The notes beneath the pieces are model-generated. The model saw only the letters and a program-made list of their open reading frames with translations. It was not told the origin of the DNA and searched no databases. Both the position numbers and the translations under genes were made by a program. From Octopus sinensis (lineage: Eukaryota), in NCBI RefSeq assembly GCF_006345805.1, contig NC_043015.1, forward strand, positions 49,104,001-49,168,000: a DNA stretch of 64,000 nt. The letters run 5' to 3'. Below, piece after piece: positions 39,021 through 50,169 of this stretch; position 1 is the stretch's first letter; every line of letters begins with the position of its first letter.

Positions 39021-39210
39021 CATATATATATATACATACATATATACGATGGGCTTCTTTCAGTTTCCGTCTACCAAATCCACTCACAAGGCTTTGGTTG
39101 GCCCGAGGCTATAGTAGAAGACACTCGCCGAAGGTGCCACGCATTGGGAATGAACTTGCAACCATATGGTTGGTAAGCAAGCTACTTACCACACAACTAC
39201 TCCTGCGCCT
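38733..39210 (-). mobile_element. SINE family A
   Basis: Full-length with expanded microsatellite. Confidence 0.9.
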
Positions 39211-39704
39211 ATATTCAGCCATTTATTTAATTGAATATAATGTTTTTACAATATAAAATAAAAACGATGTTGTCACATTGTTTGTTTGTGTTACTAATTT
39301 GTTGCAGTAAAATTGGTTTTGGTTTCATGGACCCTTTGCATGTGGGAGATAGCTTAAATGTCTGCTGCTAGAGGGGGAGAAAGGATGAGATTTGTTTTGT
39401 CAACCATAGAGAACAAGCAGTGCATTGTCTCTCTCTTCTCTATTCCATACTGGTCAAAGTTAGTGACGGAAAATGGGCTGACCAAACCCTTCACTGGATA
39501 TTTATAAAGTTTGGTAACTTAAGTAGGCCAACCTAAAACAAAGAATTGACCTTTCCATGACCAGAGAGGCCTCAAGGATCAACTCATCCTCATTAATCAA
39601 CAAGTGCAGAGAGGAGAAAACAAAAGACTCAGAAATTTATCTGACAATTAATAAAAATGTGTATTCAGTTTCGAATCCTCTTAGCTGCTGTAGCCAGTCA
39701 CTGA

Positions 39705-39737
<33 letters not shown>

Positions 39738-39969
39738 ACTTAGCAGTTTGGCAAAAGAGACCAATAGAATAAGAACCAGGCTTAAGAAACAAAAAATACT
39801 AGGGTTGATTTGTTTGACTATAATTCTTCAAGGCAGTGCCCCAACATGGCCAGAGTCTAATGACTGAAATGCATAAAAGATGAATATATTATCGTCGTCA
39901 TCATTGTCATCATCATCATCATCATCATCTTCTTCTTCTTCTTCTTCTTCTTCTTCTTCTTCTTCTTCT

Positions 39970-40340
39970 TCATCATCATCATCGGCAGCGGCGTTTAATG
40001 CCTGCCTTCCATGCTGGCATGGGTGGGGCAGTTTCACAAGAGCCGGCCAAGCTAAGGCCTGCACCAGACTTCTGTAACTGTTTTGACAGGATTTTTACAG
40101 TTGGATGCCCTTCCTAACACCAACCACCCAGCAGAGTGGACTCAGTGCTTTTTATGTGGCACAAGCACAGGCGAGGTTTTACAGCTGGGGGCTGGCGAAG
40201 CAGATGGCTGCACCAGGCTCCAATCTTGATCTGGCAGAGTTTCTACAGCTGGATGCCCTTCCTAACGCCAACCACTCCGAGAGTGTAGTGGGTGCTTTTA
40301 CGAGCCACCGGCACGAGTGTCAGTCAGGAGGTACTGGCAA
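39970..40340 (-). mobile_element. RTE 3' UTR fragments
   Basis: ctggatgcccttcctaac core; (CAT)/(CTT)n tail to the left. Confidence 0.75.
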
Positions 40341-40379
40341 AGGCCACGAAAAAATTTTCAGTGCTTCTTAAAGGGGTAG

Positions 40380-40676
40380 GGGTAGGGGAGACTATCTTTT
40401 TTCTTCGCAAATGTAAATAAACCCAATCTGTTTCTTAAACGAGGGACATATTCATACAGCACGGAATGTTTTCACCCCAAATGGAGGTCAGCGATTGGTT
40501 AAAATTGCTGAAATGATCAATTTTAAAGTGGAAATAGCTTACAAACTATAGAATTTTCTCAATAAAGCCAAGAAAAAATGATGTTTTATAAACACATTCT
40601 ACTAGTATACGAAGTTTAAAAGTGTTTAGTTAACTAGAAATTGTGTTGAAAACTGCCGTTCTAAAGGAAAAGATCC
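40380..40676. mobile_element. Same MITE family, partial, upstream of the MED4 start
   Basis: Reverse match to 10117-10400. Confidence 0.7.
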
Positions 40677-40849
40677 TATATTATTCTTTAAGAAGCAATG
40701 AAGCTTAAAATGATTTTAAAATTTTATTTTTCAGTCTATATATCAAAGATATCCCGATTTTAGTGTAAAATGTTAAAAAGAAAAAAAACCCACCGCGGAA
40801 CATTAATTTTGGAAAGCAAGTTTCGAGCTGACACCGTGTAGTAGAAAAC

Positions 40850-40914
40850 ATGGCGGCAATTAGCACGAAACAAAAGCTTCTAACCCTAATAGATGATATT
40901 GAAATCGTATCTAA
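40850..40914 (+). CDS. MED4: Mediator subunit 4, exon 1
   Basis: aaacATGG start; MAAISTKQKLLTLIDDIEIVS+aa; GTACGT donor; matches the MED4 N-terminal helix. Confidence 0.9.
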
Positions 40915-41705
40915 GTACGTATTTATGATATTTTATATTCTAAATCAATCTTTTTATGGATATACATCCAGTCATACTTATTTTCGTTTTTCAATTTTTC
41001 GTTAAATCTAACTATCGTTGTATTGAAGTTGTCAAACATTCAGGGATACAGCAACGCATTATAAATTACTTTTATATTGCTAATTGTTTTCTTGTTAATT
41101 GAAACTTTCAGGTTCTGTCCAGTTCTTGCGAAGTTTTGTTTTAGTGAATAAAAAGACGTATTCACATCTGTAATGTAATAATCGAAAACGAATTCACATT
41201 AAACTTAGTGAATTCCCTTCTTATTTCTTACTAAGTATTCTAAGAATGGTTATTGACGTGACTAATTCTTCAGGGTGGACGTTTATAATAACAGGTACTT
41301 GGAATGTTTATTTGAATATGTCTATTAAATGAGAATGGTAGAAATGAATAAGAAAAAGATTCCAGCAACTTAGGTTCCAGAAACTTCAAGATTAAATGAG
41401 GTATTTTTAATTGTTTTGACTGTAAATATCCCACGCCAAACTGAATATTGTTTTATTGTATATCTGTTTCATCCTGAATTTGTGTGTATATTCCAGAAAC
41501 ACATGAGATTGTTAATGTTTCACTGTAGTTTTCGACTAGACAAATGTAAATTAAATTTAAAAAATTAGAAATCGAATGTATTCGTGATGGTCAGCATCAG
41601 AAGAGTTCATTAAATGGTTTATATCAGTGTTCGGCGTGGAAAAGAGGACCTGGAGTTTAAGAATCCGAAGGAAGGCCCTGAACGGATTTTACCGACAAAA
41701 ACAAT

Positions 41706-42080
41706 GGATCTTTTCGGTTTGAACGGCAGTTTTTTAAAATAATTTCCACATAACCAAACACTTTTAAACTTCGTATGCTGGTAGAATGTGTTTATAAAAC
41801 ATCATTTTCTCTTGGTTTTATTGAGAAAATTCTATTGTTTGTAAGATATTTGTTGTTTTTTTTCTTCAATTTCTGCAATTTCAACCAATCACTGACGTCT
41901 ACTGAGGTGAAAACATTCTGTGCTGTATAAATATGTCTCTCGTTTAAGAAACAGATTAGGTTTATTTACATTTCTGAAGAAAAAAAAATACCCTCCCCCC
42001 CTTAACCCTAGCCCTTAAACAGATTGAAATGCAATAGATCGATACTAGGGTCATAATTATGGGTGACAATTTCATATGAC
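41706..42080. mobile_element. Same MITE family, right end replaced by an RTE fragment
   Basis: Colinear with 10117-10510. Confidence 0.75.
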
Positions 42081-42589
42081 TGGTGGCACGTAAAAGCACC
42101 CACTACACTCTCAGTGGTTGGTGTTAGGAAGGGCATCCAGCTGTAGAAACTCTGCCAGATCAGATTGAAGCCTAGTGCAGCCATCTGGCTCACCAGTCCC
42201 CAGTCAAACCGTCCAACCCATGCCAGCATGGAAAGTGGACGTCAAGCGATGATGACGATTTGACCCCTAATACTTTTTTTAACCTTAATCTTTCCCTTAG
42301 ATTATTTTGCCTCTTGCAAGTCATTTTCGAAAGAGTATGAACATTTTCATAAAATTGCAGATCCTTTGTACAATCAGTAAACAAGAATCTAAATTTGAAA
42401 ACATGTTTCACTGAATGTAATTTATATTGTTAGTCTTTTGCCTTTCCAAAGTCTTTTCATAAGTTCATCCTAAATGCCGATGCTTATTTTCAAACTCTTA
42501 GTTAGCCCTTGTTTCATATTCTTGGTGATATAAAACTTTATACCAAATTACTCTGGTGACTGGAAAAAAGTTGGGAACATCTATCATAT

Positions 42590-42810
42590 ATGCTAGCATG
42601 GGTTGGAAGATTTGACTGAGGACTGGTGAACCAGATGGCTGCACCAGGCTCCAATCTGATCTGGCAGAGTTCCTACAGCTGGATGCCCCTCCTAATGCCA
42701 ACCACTCTGAGTGTAGTGGGTGCTTTTACATGCCACTGGCACGAGGGTCAGCAGGCAGTACTGGCAATGGCCACACTCAAATGGTATTTTTTATGTGCCA
42801 CCTGCACAGA
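42590..42810 (-). mobile_element. RTE 3' UTR fragment
   Basis: Same conserved core. Confidence 0.75.
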
Positions 42811-43112
42811 AGCCATACTGTTCTATAATTACAAGTTCCTTGTCAGACAACAACTACCTGATGTCAACGTTAAGTGAAGAGGATCCACAATATTAACTAT
42901 GTCCGATGTATCACCTGTGACACACACAGGACAGGTAAAGAGTTAAATAGCAGAGAATGTAGTAAATACTAAAGAACAGAATTGATGAACCTGTCACATT
43001 TGTAGCACAGATTTATTGTTTCTCTTATATTTTGGTGATTGTTTGTTTATTGTCTTTCTGTTAAATGGTATAATTTACTTCATTGGAAGTTCCATTTGAT
43101 GTTATTTCTAAG

Positions 43113-43234
43113 GGAGTTGTTCGATGTGATGAGCACCCCGAAAAACCAACAGAAGACAGATGCACCAGATCCTGCCCTTTTGATGGAACTGCTTGTCCAG
43201 AAAGACAAAGAAATGAAAGAATCGTTAAAACTTG
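43113..43234 (+). CDS. MED4: MED4 exon 2
   Basis: AG/GTGAGT, 122 nt: (K)ELFDVMSTPKNQQKTDAPDPALLMELLVQKDKEMKESLKL. Confidence 0.9.
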
Positions 43235-43344
43235 GTGAGTTATTTCGTTTGAATTGATTTGTCTCGTTAATTACTTTGACAGTTTTAAAATTTTATTTTG
43301 AATATTCTACTGTCAACTATCAAAAAACAACTTTTGTTTTCAAG

Positions 43345-43460
43345 CTGAAGAACAGATGGATATCCAGAAAATTATGGATGAATTAAAAATGGAAGTTGAA
43401 AAGCGAGATACCGATATCAGAAATTTACAGAAGAACTTCAAAGAAGCAGAAACCATTTTA
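43345..43460 (+). CDS. MED4: MED4 exon 3
   Basis: AG/GTAAGA, 116 nt: (A)EEQMDIQKIMDELKMEVEKRDTDIRNLQKNFKEAETIL (EVEKRD coiled coil). Confidence 0.95.
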
Positions 43461-43519
43461 GTAAGAACTATTATTTAAAATTGTGTGATGTGTGGGAGAC
43501 ATTTGAGTAAGAACAAACT

Positions 43520-43766
43520 ACTGCGTTTTCTGGTCAGCTTCGCCTGGCCCAGCACTATCCGATCGTGGCCGTTTTCCAGCCTCGTCTGGCACGTAAAAAG
43601 CACCCACTACACTCACGGAGTGGTTGGCGTTAGGAAGGGCATCCAGCCGTAGAAACACTGCCAGATCAGACTGGGCCTGATGCAGCCTTCTGGCTTCACA
43701 GACCCCAGTTGAACCGTCCAACCCATGCTAGCATGGAAAGCGGACGCTAAATGATGATGATGATGA
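43520..43766 (+). mobile_element. RTE 3' end with (GAT)n tail
   Basis: ggcacgtaaaaagcacc...ttaggaagggcatccag...(gat)n. Confidence 0.8.
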
Positions 43767-44007
43767 AGTCAAATTTTTCAGATCAAAGATTTACAGCCAA
43801 ACAAGATTGGTTGACTTATAAATCAAGATGACTTTGGTGGACCAAAAATTCCATGTAAAATGCTGCTGGATTTGGAGAAAGAGTGATGATGTTTGAAAGC
43901 TTACACTATATACTATTCTGACTTGAAATGCTTCAAAATACAGTATTTGAAAGAATCTTATATCATTGAAAATGCATGGAAACAGTTTTTTATTTTATTT
44001 TCATTTA

Positions 44008-44221
44008 TTACTCTTTTACTTGTTTCAGTCATTTGGCCTTTAGCCATGCTGGAGCACCGCCTTTAGTCGGGCAGATCGACCCCAGGACTTATTCTTTGTA
44101 AGCCCAATACTTATTCTATCGGTCGCTTTTGCCGAACTGCAAGTTACGGGGGACAAACACAGATACACACACACATGTATACATACATATATATATATGT
44201 ACATTCATACATTATTTTGAT

Positions 44222-44279
<58 letters not shown>

Positions 44280-44420
44280 GACGGACTTCTTTCAGTTTCT
44301 GTCTACCAAATCTACTCACAAGGCTTTGGTCGGCCCGAGGCTATAGTAGAAGTCACTTGTCCAAGGTGCCATGCAGTGGGACTGAACCCAGAACCATGTG
44401 GTTCATAAGCAAGCTACTTA
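44008..44420 (-). mobile_element. SINE family A
   Basis: Full-length match. Confidence 0.88.
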
Positions 44421-45448
44421 CCACACAGCAATTCCTATGCCTAAAATTAGCAAATGTTATTCTGGTTTTATTTTTGTAATTCATGTTGTATTTTATTGAT
44501 ATAACTGTCTATGTTTTTAACAGCTTTTCTAGGAGAAATAATTTTCAAGTAGATTTAGGATTCAATGACATCCATCCCCTTTAGCTGTTGGACATTTCAA
44601 GCACTTTGCTACTGTACTAGCCAGGCTCATGGGCCCGGTTTCCCGGTTTCTATGGTGTATGTGTTTCCTAGATGGACGGGACGCCAGTCTATCGCAGCGT
44701 TACTCATTTTTGCCAGCTGAATGGACTGGAGCAACGTGAAATGAAGTGTTTTGCTCAAGAATACAAAGCGTCGCCTGGTCCAGGAATCGAAACCACAATC
44801 TCACGATCATGATGCTGATACCCTAACCACTAAGCCATGTGCCTCCACTGTACTACATGGATAGAAATTGGAATAATTAAAGAATAGACATTTCTTTTAT
44901 AATTTCTTGTAATAATTAATGCAGGCAGCTGAATCAACCCATTATATTACTAATATTTATTTTATTGATACAGTGAGATAAAAACTGTTTTTTTTTTTTT
45001 TCTCAGAACATGTAAAAAGTGTAAAGTATTTAGCACAGTAAACTATTGTGGACTGTTGTTTTATTAGTAGTATTGGTGATGATGATGACAACACTTAGCA
45101 GGTTGTATATTAACTTTGTGGAGACAAAGAATATATTCGGTTTAAAAATATACCAAAGAATGGTTACTGATGTGACTAATTCTTCAGGGTAGGCGTTTAT
45201 AATAACAGGTACTTGGGATGTTTATTTGAATGTCTATTGAATGAGAATGGTAGAAATGAATAAGAGAAGGATTCCAGAATGGAAAAATCTTTGTCAGTTT
45301 ATTTAATATATGGAGATTTTTTTGTTCTTTATTTGTTTTTTTTTTGTTTCCTCCCCCTCTTTTTTCTTTATTTTCTTTTATTTTATTATATTTTTTTTTT
45401 GCCATTCTTAGAATCTCATGATAAAAAAATATGATTGTTTCTTTTCAG

Positions 45449-45593
45449 GCAACTGCAATCTACCAAGCGAAGCAGAAATTGAACTCCATTGCCCAAGCTA
45501 ACAAAAAGACAATATCATCTGAGGAACTTATCAAATTTGCACACAGAATCAGTGCCAGTAATGCTATTGCAGCACCTGTTACATGGGCACCTG
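45449..45593 (+). CDS. MED4: MED4 exon 4
   Basis: AG/GT, 145 nt: [48 protein letters not shown]+g. Confidence 0.96.
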
Positions 45594-45629
45594 GTACTGT
45601 ATTGGTTTCTTACTCTTTTCTACATGTCT

Positions 45630-46035
45630 ACATGTTACTCTTACTCTTTTACTCTTTTACTTGTTTCAGTCATTTGACTACAGCCATGCTGGAGCACCGC
45701 CTTTAGTCGAGCAAATCGACCCCGGGACTTATTCTTTGTAAGCCCAGTACTTATTCTATCGGTCCCTTTTGCCGAACCGCTAAGTGACGGGGACATAAAC
45801 ATACTAGCCCTAGGGGGACAAACACAGACACACAAACATATACACAAACACACATATATATATATACATATATACGACAGGCTTCTTTCAGTTTCCGTCT
45901 ACCAAATCCACTCACAAGGCATTGGTCAGCCCAGGGCTATAGCAGAAGACACTTGCCCAAGATGCCACGCAGTGGGACTGAACCCAGAACCATGTGGTTG
46001 GTTAGCAAGCTACTTACCACACAGCCACTCCTGTT
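45630..46035 (-). mobile_element. SINE family A
   Basis: Full-length match, 40 nt from the MED4 exon 4 donor. Confidence 0.9.
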
Positions 46036-46679
46036 GCTCACCTTTGTCTTTTTGCACATGCATGTGAAATGCAATCAATGTATGTGTATACATGTGCGCA
46101 TGCACACACACACACACACAAACATATATATATATATTTCTTTACTGCCCACAAGGGGCTAAACACAGAGGGGACAAACAAAGACAGACAAAGGGATTAA
46201 GTCGATTACATCTACCCCAGCGCGTAACTGGTACTTTATTTATCGACCCCGAAAGGATGAAAGGCAAAGTCAACCTTGGTGGAATTTGAACTCAGAACGT
46301 AACGGACGAAATACAGCTACGCATTTCGTCCGGCGTGCTAACGTTTCTACCAGCTCACCGCCTATATATAACACGGAGATATATATAATTTATTGTAAAG
46401 ACAAGGAGGTGTACGATGGGGTACTGCAAAGTTCCTGGCTTTAAGGGTATCACAAAAGGCCTTCGGAATTCTTTTACAGGGCTTAGGAAAACTGAAGGAC
46501 TGCTGCAATAAGTGTGTGAATCAGAGAGGGGAATATGTAGTGTTTTCTTTTACCCAAAGCCAGGAGCTTTTCAGTACCCCCTCATACACCCAGACACACA
46601 CAACACTCTTTCATATGGTATTATGAATAAAGTAAAGGGTGTTTATTTATCATATCGTTAAAATTGACTACTTGTCACC

Positions 46680-46945
46680 ATCATCATCATCATCGTTTAA
46701 CATCCGCTTTTCATGCTAGCATGGGTTGGACGATTTGACTGAGGTCTGGCGAAGCAGATGGTTGCACCAGGCTCCAATCTTAATCTGGCAGAATTTCTAT
46801 AGCTGGATGCCCTTCCTAATGCCAACCACTCCGAGAGTGTAGTGGGTGCTTTTACATGCCACCGACATGAGGGCCAGTCAGGCGCTACTGGCAACGGCCA
46901 CGCTCAAATGGTATTTTTTACGTGCCACCTGCACAGGAGCCATAC
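46680..46945 (-). mobile_element. RTE 3' end
   Basis: (CAT)n tail and conserved core. Confidence 0.8.
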
Positions 46946-47322
46946 TGTTCCTTAATTACAAGATCCTTGTTAGACAACAATTACCTGATGTCAACATTAA
47001 GTGAAGAGGATCCACAATATTAACAGCTTTTCATGTGGTTGCACACTTTAGACGTCAAGTGGTCTTGAAGATCTGGGTGGTCTTTATAGTTTTTCATCCA
47101 ACCAATCAGTTAGGTACTATATATTATTGATGTAATTTATTATCATAGTTGTTGTCATCATTATTTAACCTCCACCTTCCCTGTTAGCATGGGTTGTGGT
47201 TTGATCAGGGTCGGCAAGCCAGAAGACTGCACCGAATTCTACTGTCTGTTTTGGCATGGTTTCTATAGCTGGATGCCCTTCCTAATGCTAACTATTGCAC
47301 AGACTTCACAGCCACTCTTAGG

Positions 47323-47716
47323 CGTAGGAGTGGCAGTGTGGTAAGTAGCTTTCTTACGGACCACATGGTTCTGGGTTCAGTCCCACTGCATAGCACTATG
47401 GGCAAGTGTCTTCTACTATAGTCTCGGGCCGACCAAATCCTTGTGAGTGGATTTGGTAAATGGAAACTGAAAGAAGCCCATTGTATATATGTATATATAT
47501 GTGTGTGTGTATATGTTTGTTTGTCTGTGTTTATCCCCCAACACTGCTTGACAACCAATGGTGGTGTGTTTATTTCCCCTTAATCTAGCAGTTCGGCATA
47601 AGAGACTGATAGAATAAGTACTAGGCTTACAAAGAATAAGTCCTGGGGTTGATTTGCTCGACTAAAGGCGGTGCTCCAGTATGGCCACAGTCAAAATGAT
47701 TGAAACGAATAAAAGA
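47323..47716 (+). mobile_element. SINE family A
   Basis: Full-length match. Confidence 0.9.
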
Positions 47717-47799
47717 GGGTGCATTTTATGTTGCACCAGCCCCAGGGAGACCACAAGTACCTTGTAAGACATGGCCCCTCAACTGAAAGCTGGGAAGTA

Positions 47800-48926
47800 T
47801 TAGGTTGTCTGGAAAGTTCTGAGCATTTTTTAATATGCAAACATGGATGTAAATAATTGACCTTTCAATAAATTTTATTCAAGGAAATCATTTCCATAAT
47901 TATTAATGACCTTTGTCCATCTATCAGCATAAAATTTGACTGGTTTTGAAGAAAAAAGTTATCTAGTAGCATTTTGACTCCATCTAAATTTTTTAATATT
48001 TTCCCTTGCAATTAGTTCTGTAGAGACAAAAAAACAAGTGGTAGTCAGATGGTGCAATATCAGAAGAATATGGTGGATGGGTTAAGAGATCCTAGCCAAG
48101 TTCATGTAACTTTGAGTAGCCAGACACATGTGGTCAGGCATTGTCTTGTTGGAACACGACTCCTTTCCTGTTGGCAATCTCTGGCCTTAATTCTTTGATT
48201 TTTTTTTTTTGGTTCAGATTAACCAGCTGATGACTGCACATCAGAATTAATGGACTGGTTCTGTGGGAAAAGCTCATAATAAATAATGCCTTTATGATTC
48301 TATCAAACACAAAGCATAGCTTTTTTGGCATGGATATTCGTCTTTGGTTGCTGTTTTGGGGGATCCTTACACAAACTCTTTGTTGTTTATTGCACTACAC
48401 TTCCGTACACAATCCCTTTGACATCTCCAGTCACAAATTGTTTCTAAAAAGGCTTGCTTTTATTCCATTTCAAAAGCATATCACAAAGGGAATACCAGTC
48501 CAAACAGTTCTTTTCTGAGAGTTTGTGAGGGACCCATACATTATTGTGAGAAATGTATCCTAGCTTCACTAGGTGTTCCTGAGCTGTACTTTTAGAAACT
48601 TTCAATTCCCCTGCAAGTTCTCTAGTCGTAATATTTGAGTTTTCTTTGATTTTTGTCTTCAAAACATCTTCATCCAGTTTTGAAGGTCTTCCACTGCGAC
48701 CGTCATCTTCCAAGCTAAACTCTCCAGCTTTAAATTTTGCAAACCACCTTCGAACTGTTGATTCACCTACAGATAACCAGAATGAAAGATAAATCTATTT
48801 TTAGTCAGGAACAAAGAAGAGATGCATTACCACTTGAAGCAATGCCAAAGTTTTAACTGTGTTACGTTTCAGGTGTGTTCAATGAAGCGTTAAAAGATTT
48901 AACTTAGAACTTTCCGGACAACCTAA
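47800..48926 (-). mobile_element. Mariner transposon, decayed, both TIRs
   Basis: TA|TTAGGTTGTCTGGAAAGTTC ... GAACTTTCCGGACAACCTAA; ORF pieces EDDGRSGRPS...VWVPHKL and RKGVVFQQDNA. Confidence 0.9.
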
Positions 48927-49248
48927 TGAGGAGGTAGCTTTGTGGCTGGTCAAGATATAATATTTTAAAACTGTTTTATGGTTGCTATTGTTTAGCAATA
49001 TTCATGTGTGGCATGTTATATTCAATAACAGACCATTTCATGTTGAAATTGTCTCTGGATAAGAATATTTGCACTCCCTCAGTCGCCCGTCTTCAAAGTG
49101 AACCTATTCCTCCTCTCTTCTTTCTTGAAGATGGATCTGTGGTTTATTTAATGTCTTTTTAACCTAGTTTTGCAGCGTGGAAGGTGTTTATAAACCATTT
49201 AAGAAACACACAAAAAACCGTTAGATTCACTTCAACATTTCAATTTAA

Positions 49249-49298
49249 TTTGTCAAAATATTTTTGTTGCCTTGAGACTGCGACCTGTTCACTGACAA
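49249..49298 (-). ncRNA. Decayed inverted copy of the G3:C8 hammerhead-like motif
   Basis: Same fold on the minus strand with perfect stem I, but G12 is changed to A and stem II has a mismatch (CpG decay). Confidence 0.45.
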
Positions 49299-49316
49299 AA
49301 TTCCGTGCTGCATCTC

Positions 49317-49365
49317 TTGTCAGTGAACAGGTCGCGGTCTCAAAGCGATGAAAATATTTTGGCAA
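49317..49365 (+). ncRNA. Minimal type I hammerhead-like ribozyme, G3:C8 core variant
   Basis: UUGUCA-GUGAACA-G-GUCGC(loop 9)GCGAU-GAA-AAUAUU-U/UGGCAA: stem I, swapped core, stem II, GAAA, palindromic stem III, NUH. Confidence 0.6.
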
Positions 49366-49919
49366 ATTAAATATGAATGTCGGAGTGAATCTAACGGTTT
49401 TTGAGTGTTTCTTAAATAACCTAGTTTTGTTCATGTTAATATGAGTTTTCGTTTTTTGTTTTTGATTTTAGTTCGGTTTGCTTTAGATTTCACCTTAATT
49501 TCATAACTAATGGTTTTCATTAAAGGGGAAGAACTCTCCAGGCCTTAAACGCTACCTTCAGTTCCTGGTAAAATTATATAAACTATGGTCCTTTAAAAGT
49601 ACATTTATTATGATAATGCTAACATTTTCCTCACCGTTACAATTTACCTTAGACTGTGGCCGTGCTGGAGTTTTAGTAGATAATAATCAATCTCGCTAGT
49701 TACTCTGGTATTTAATTTATTGAATTTGTAAACAGTGAAAGGGAAGTCAGAGATAGTTTAATGTGTCTGATTTGTTTATCTGCATAATTGCCTCTATACC
49801 TGCTCAACTTGATCCCTTTCATAGCCTTTCTTTACCTTGTGGAATCGATCCCCTGTAAAGATATTGGATTTAAAGTTTGGATCTTTTGGGCACCACTAAG
49901 TGTCAGCTACATGAAGAAT

Positions 49920-50107
49920 ATCTGGATCTCATCTATGATACATCGCTAGCAACTAAACCTTTTTTTATTTTCTCTCCCTGTTTATTTCTGTGTTCCTTTC
50001 TGTCGAAGAGGGAAGGTTCGAAACGTAAAAGACTTTCTCACTTCCTGAGCATTAAACTAATACATCTGTTTGTTGTTTACACACCAGTCTTCGTCTTTTG
50101 TAAATTC

Positions 50108-50111
<4 letters not shown>
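49920..50111 (+). mobile_element. Penelope-like terminal fragment, CUGUCGA family
   Basis: Homologous to the decayed copy near 8730-8845; ends in (TA)n. Confidence 0.45.
49996..50031 (+). ncRNA. Hammerhead-like motif, A6U variant
   Basis: CUUU-CUGUCGA-A-GAGG(GAAG)GUUC-GAA-ACGU-A/AAAG; stem II partly decayed. Confidence 0.5.
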
Positions 50112-50146
<35 letters not shown>

Positions 50147-50169
50147 ACACACATGTATATGTGCTTGTG

